Shown: piece after piece, positions 63,150-64,000 of the stretch
How the letters are laid out: the number at the start of each line of letters is the position of its first letter
Numbering within the stretch: position 1 is the stretch's first letter
NCBI RefSeq assembly: GCF_018977255.1
Contig: NW_024704744.1
Span: forward strand, 38,378,001 to 38,442,000
Direction: 5' to 3'
DNA from: Callorhinchus milii
Lineage: Eukaryota
DNA: 64,000 nucleotides
Translations under genes and position numbers: made by a program
The notes under the pieces: model-generated
Told to the model about the DNA's origin: nothing
The model's input: only the letters and a program-made list of their open reading frames with translations
Database searches by the model: none

Positions 63150-63600
63150 CCGTAGTTCCACACATTAGATTTTTAAAGAAGGTTAAAGCTCATGGGATAA
63201 ATAGTAAATTAAGTTGCATAAAACTATCTTAGCAACAGGCAGGCATCAGAAGGAGATATTTGGAAGCAGTAAGTAATGGAGAGTTCTGCAAAAGTCTCCA
63301 TCAAAAAATATATGAATAATAGCAAGCTAAGAGGGCAGGCAAACAACATGAGAGTAAATAGCATAGAGCATGGAATGGCACATAAATTTTAATGTAGATA
63401 AAAGGAAGGAAAAGCATACTGGAACAAGAAATAATAAAGAAATGTACACAATGAGGGATGTCCTGTGACCAAAAGAGAAAGTAAAGAATTTGGATGTTAT
63501 TGATTAATCAATGTTGGTTTACCAATCAAACAAAATCAAATAATAGGGTTGCATTTTAGGACATTTGATTGCAGTATAAATTAAATGCAGTTGTTCCAAC
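63150..63600 (+). mobile_element. CR1 RT fragment, very decayed
   Basis: gttccacacattagatttttaaagaaggttaaagctcatgggata = VPHIRFLKKVKAHGI; later tttaatgtagataaa (FNVDK). Confidence 0.6.
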
Positions 63601-63774
63601 TACTTGTAGATCAGTCTAGAACTGTCATTGGAACAAAAGGGTGAAGTCTTTTTTATGGCAAGAGAGGTGATCAGTAACATTCAAATAACCCAAGTCCAGA
63701 GTGAGTCAGTGGTAGCTTCAAAAGTGGCTTGTTGCAAGTCTGAGATGCTGTTGGCAAATTGCTAACAACTCCTT

Positions 63775-63951
63775 CAAAATAAATTGGTCACTCAATCCAC
63801 GATTGTTTGTGATACATTGCTGTGCACAATTGGCTGTCACATTTCACCCACAAAATATACAGTCAATTCACTTTACAGTATATTCTGTGAAGCGTTCTGA
63901 GACGTCTTGAAGACTTAATAAGGCGCTACATCAAATGCAAGGATTATTATT
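63775..63951 (+). mobile_element. SINE 3' half (older tail type)
   Basis: aataaattggtcactcaatcc...gagacgtcttgaagacttaataaggcgctacatcaaatgcaaggattattatt. Confidence 0.88.
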
Positions 63952-64000
63952 GGTATTATTAAATTTCACCCACTGACTGGACTTTTGGACTCCTCAGCTT

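Overview
Vertebrate genomic DNA, almost certainly a cartilaginous fish and probably a holocephalan (chimaera or elephant shark). The species call is inferred from the repeat content: SacSINE1-like Deu-SINEs, a chimaera-type tRNA SINE, and L2 and CR1 LINEs. The window holds the 3' half of LIN28B on the minus strand: a 185-nt internal exon (60179-60363, end of the cold-shock domain plus the basic linker), a 50.8-kb phase-2 intron, and the last coding exon (8967-9342, two CCHC zinc knuckles and the C-terminal NLS). A repeat-free 3' UTR of about 6.5 kb follows, with let-7, miR-125, miR-30, miR-181, miR-9 and miR-26 seed matches. The intron is a retroelement graveyard with three generations of SINE, many L2 and CR1 fragments, and one decayed LINE of an unusual RTE/RTEX-like type. 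Most notable: that LINE (possible horizontal transfer), a SINE/L2 3'-tail stem-loop swap, recurrent back-to-back or inverted-tail insertion junctions, a large ancient inverted repeat, a pre-miRNA-like hairpin, and inverted SINEs flanking the internal exon. Nearly all other ORFs in the track are spurious or repeat-derived. Repeat boundaries were read by eye and are approximate.
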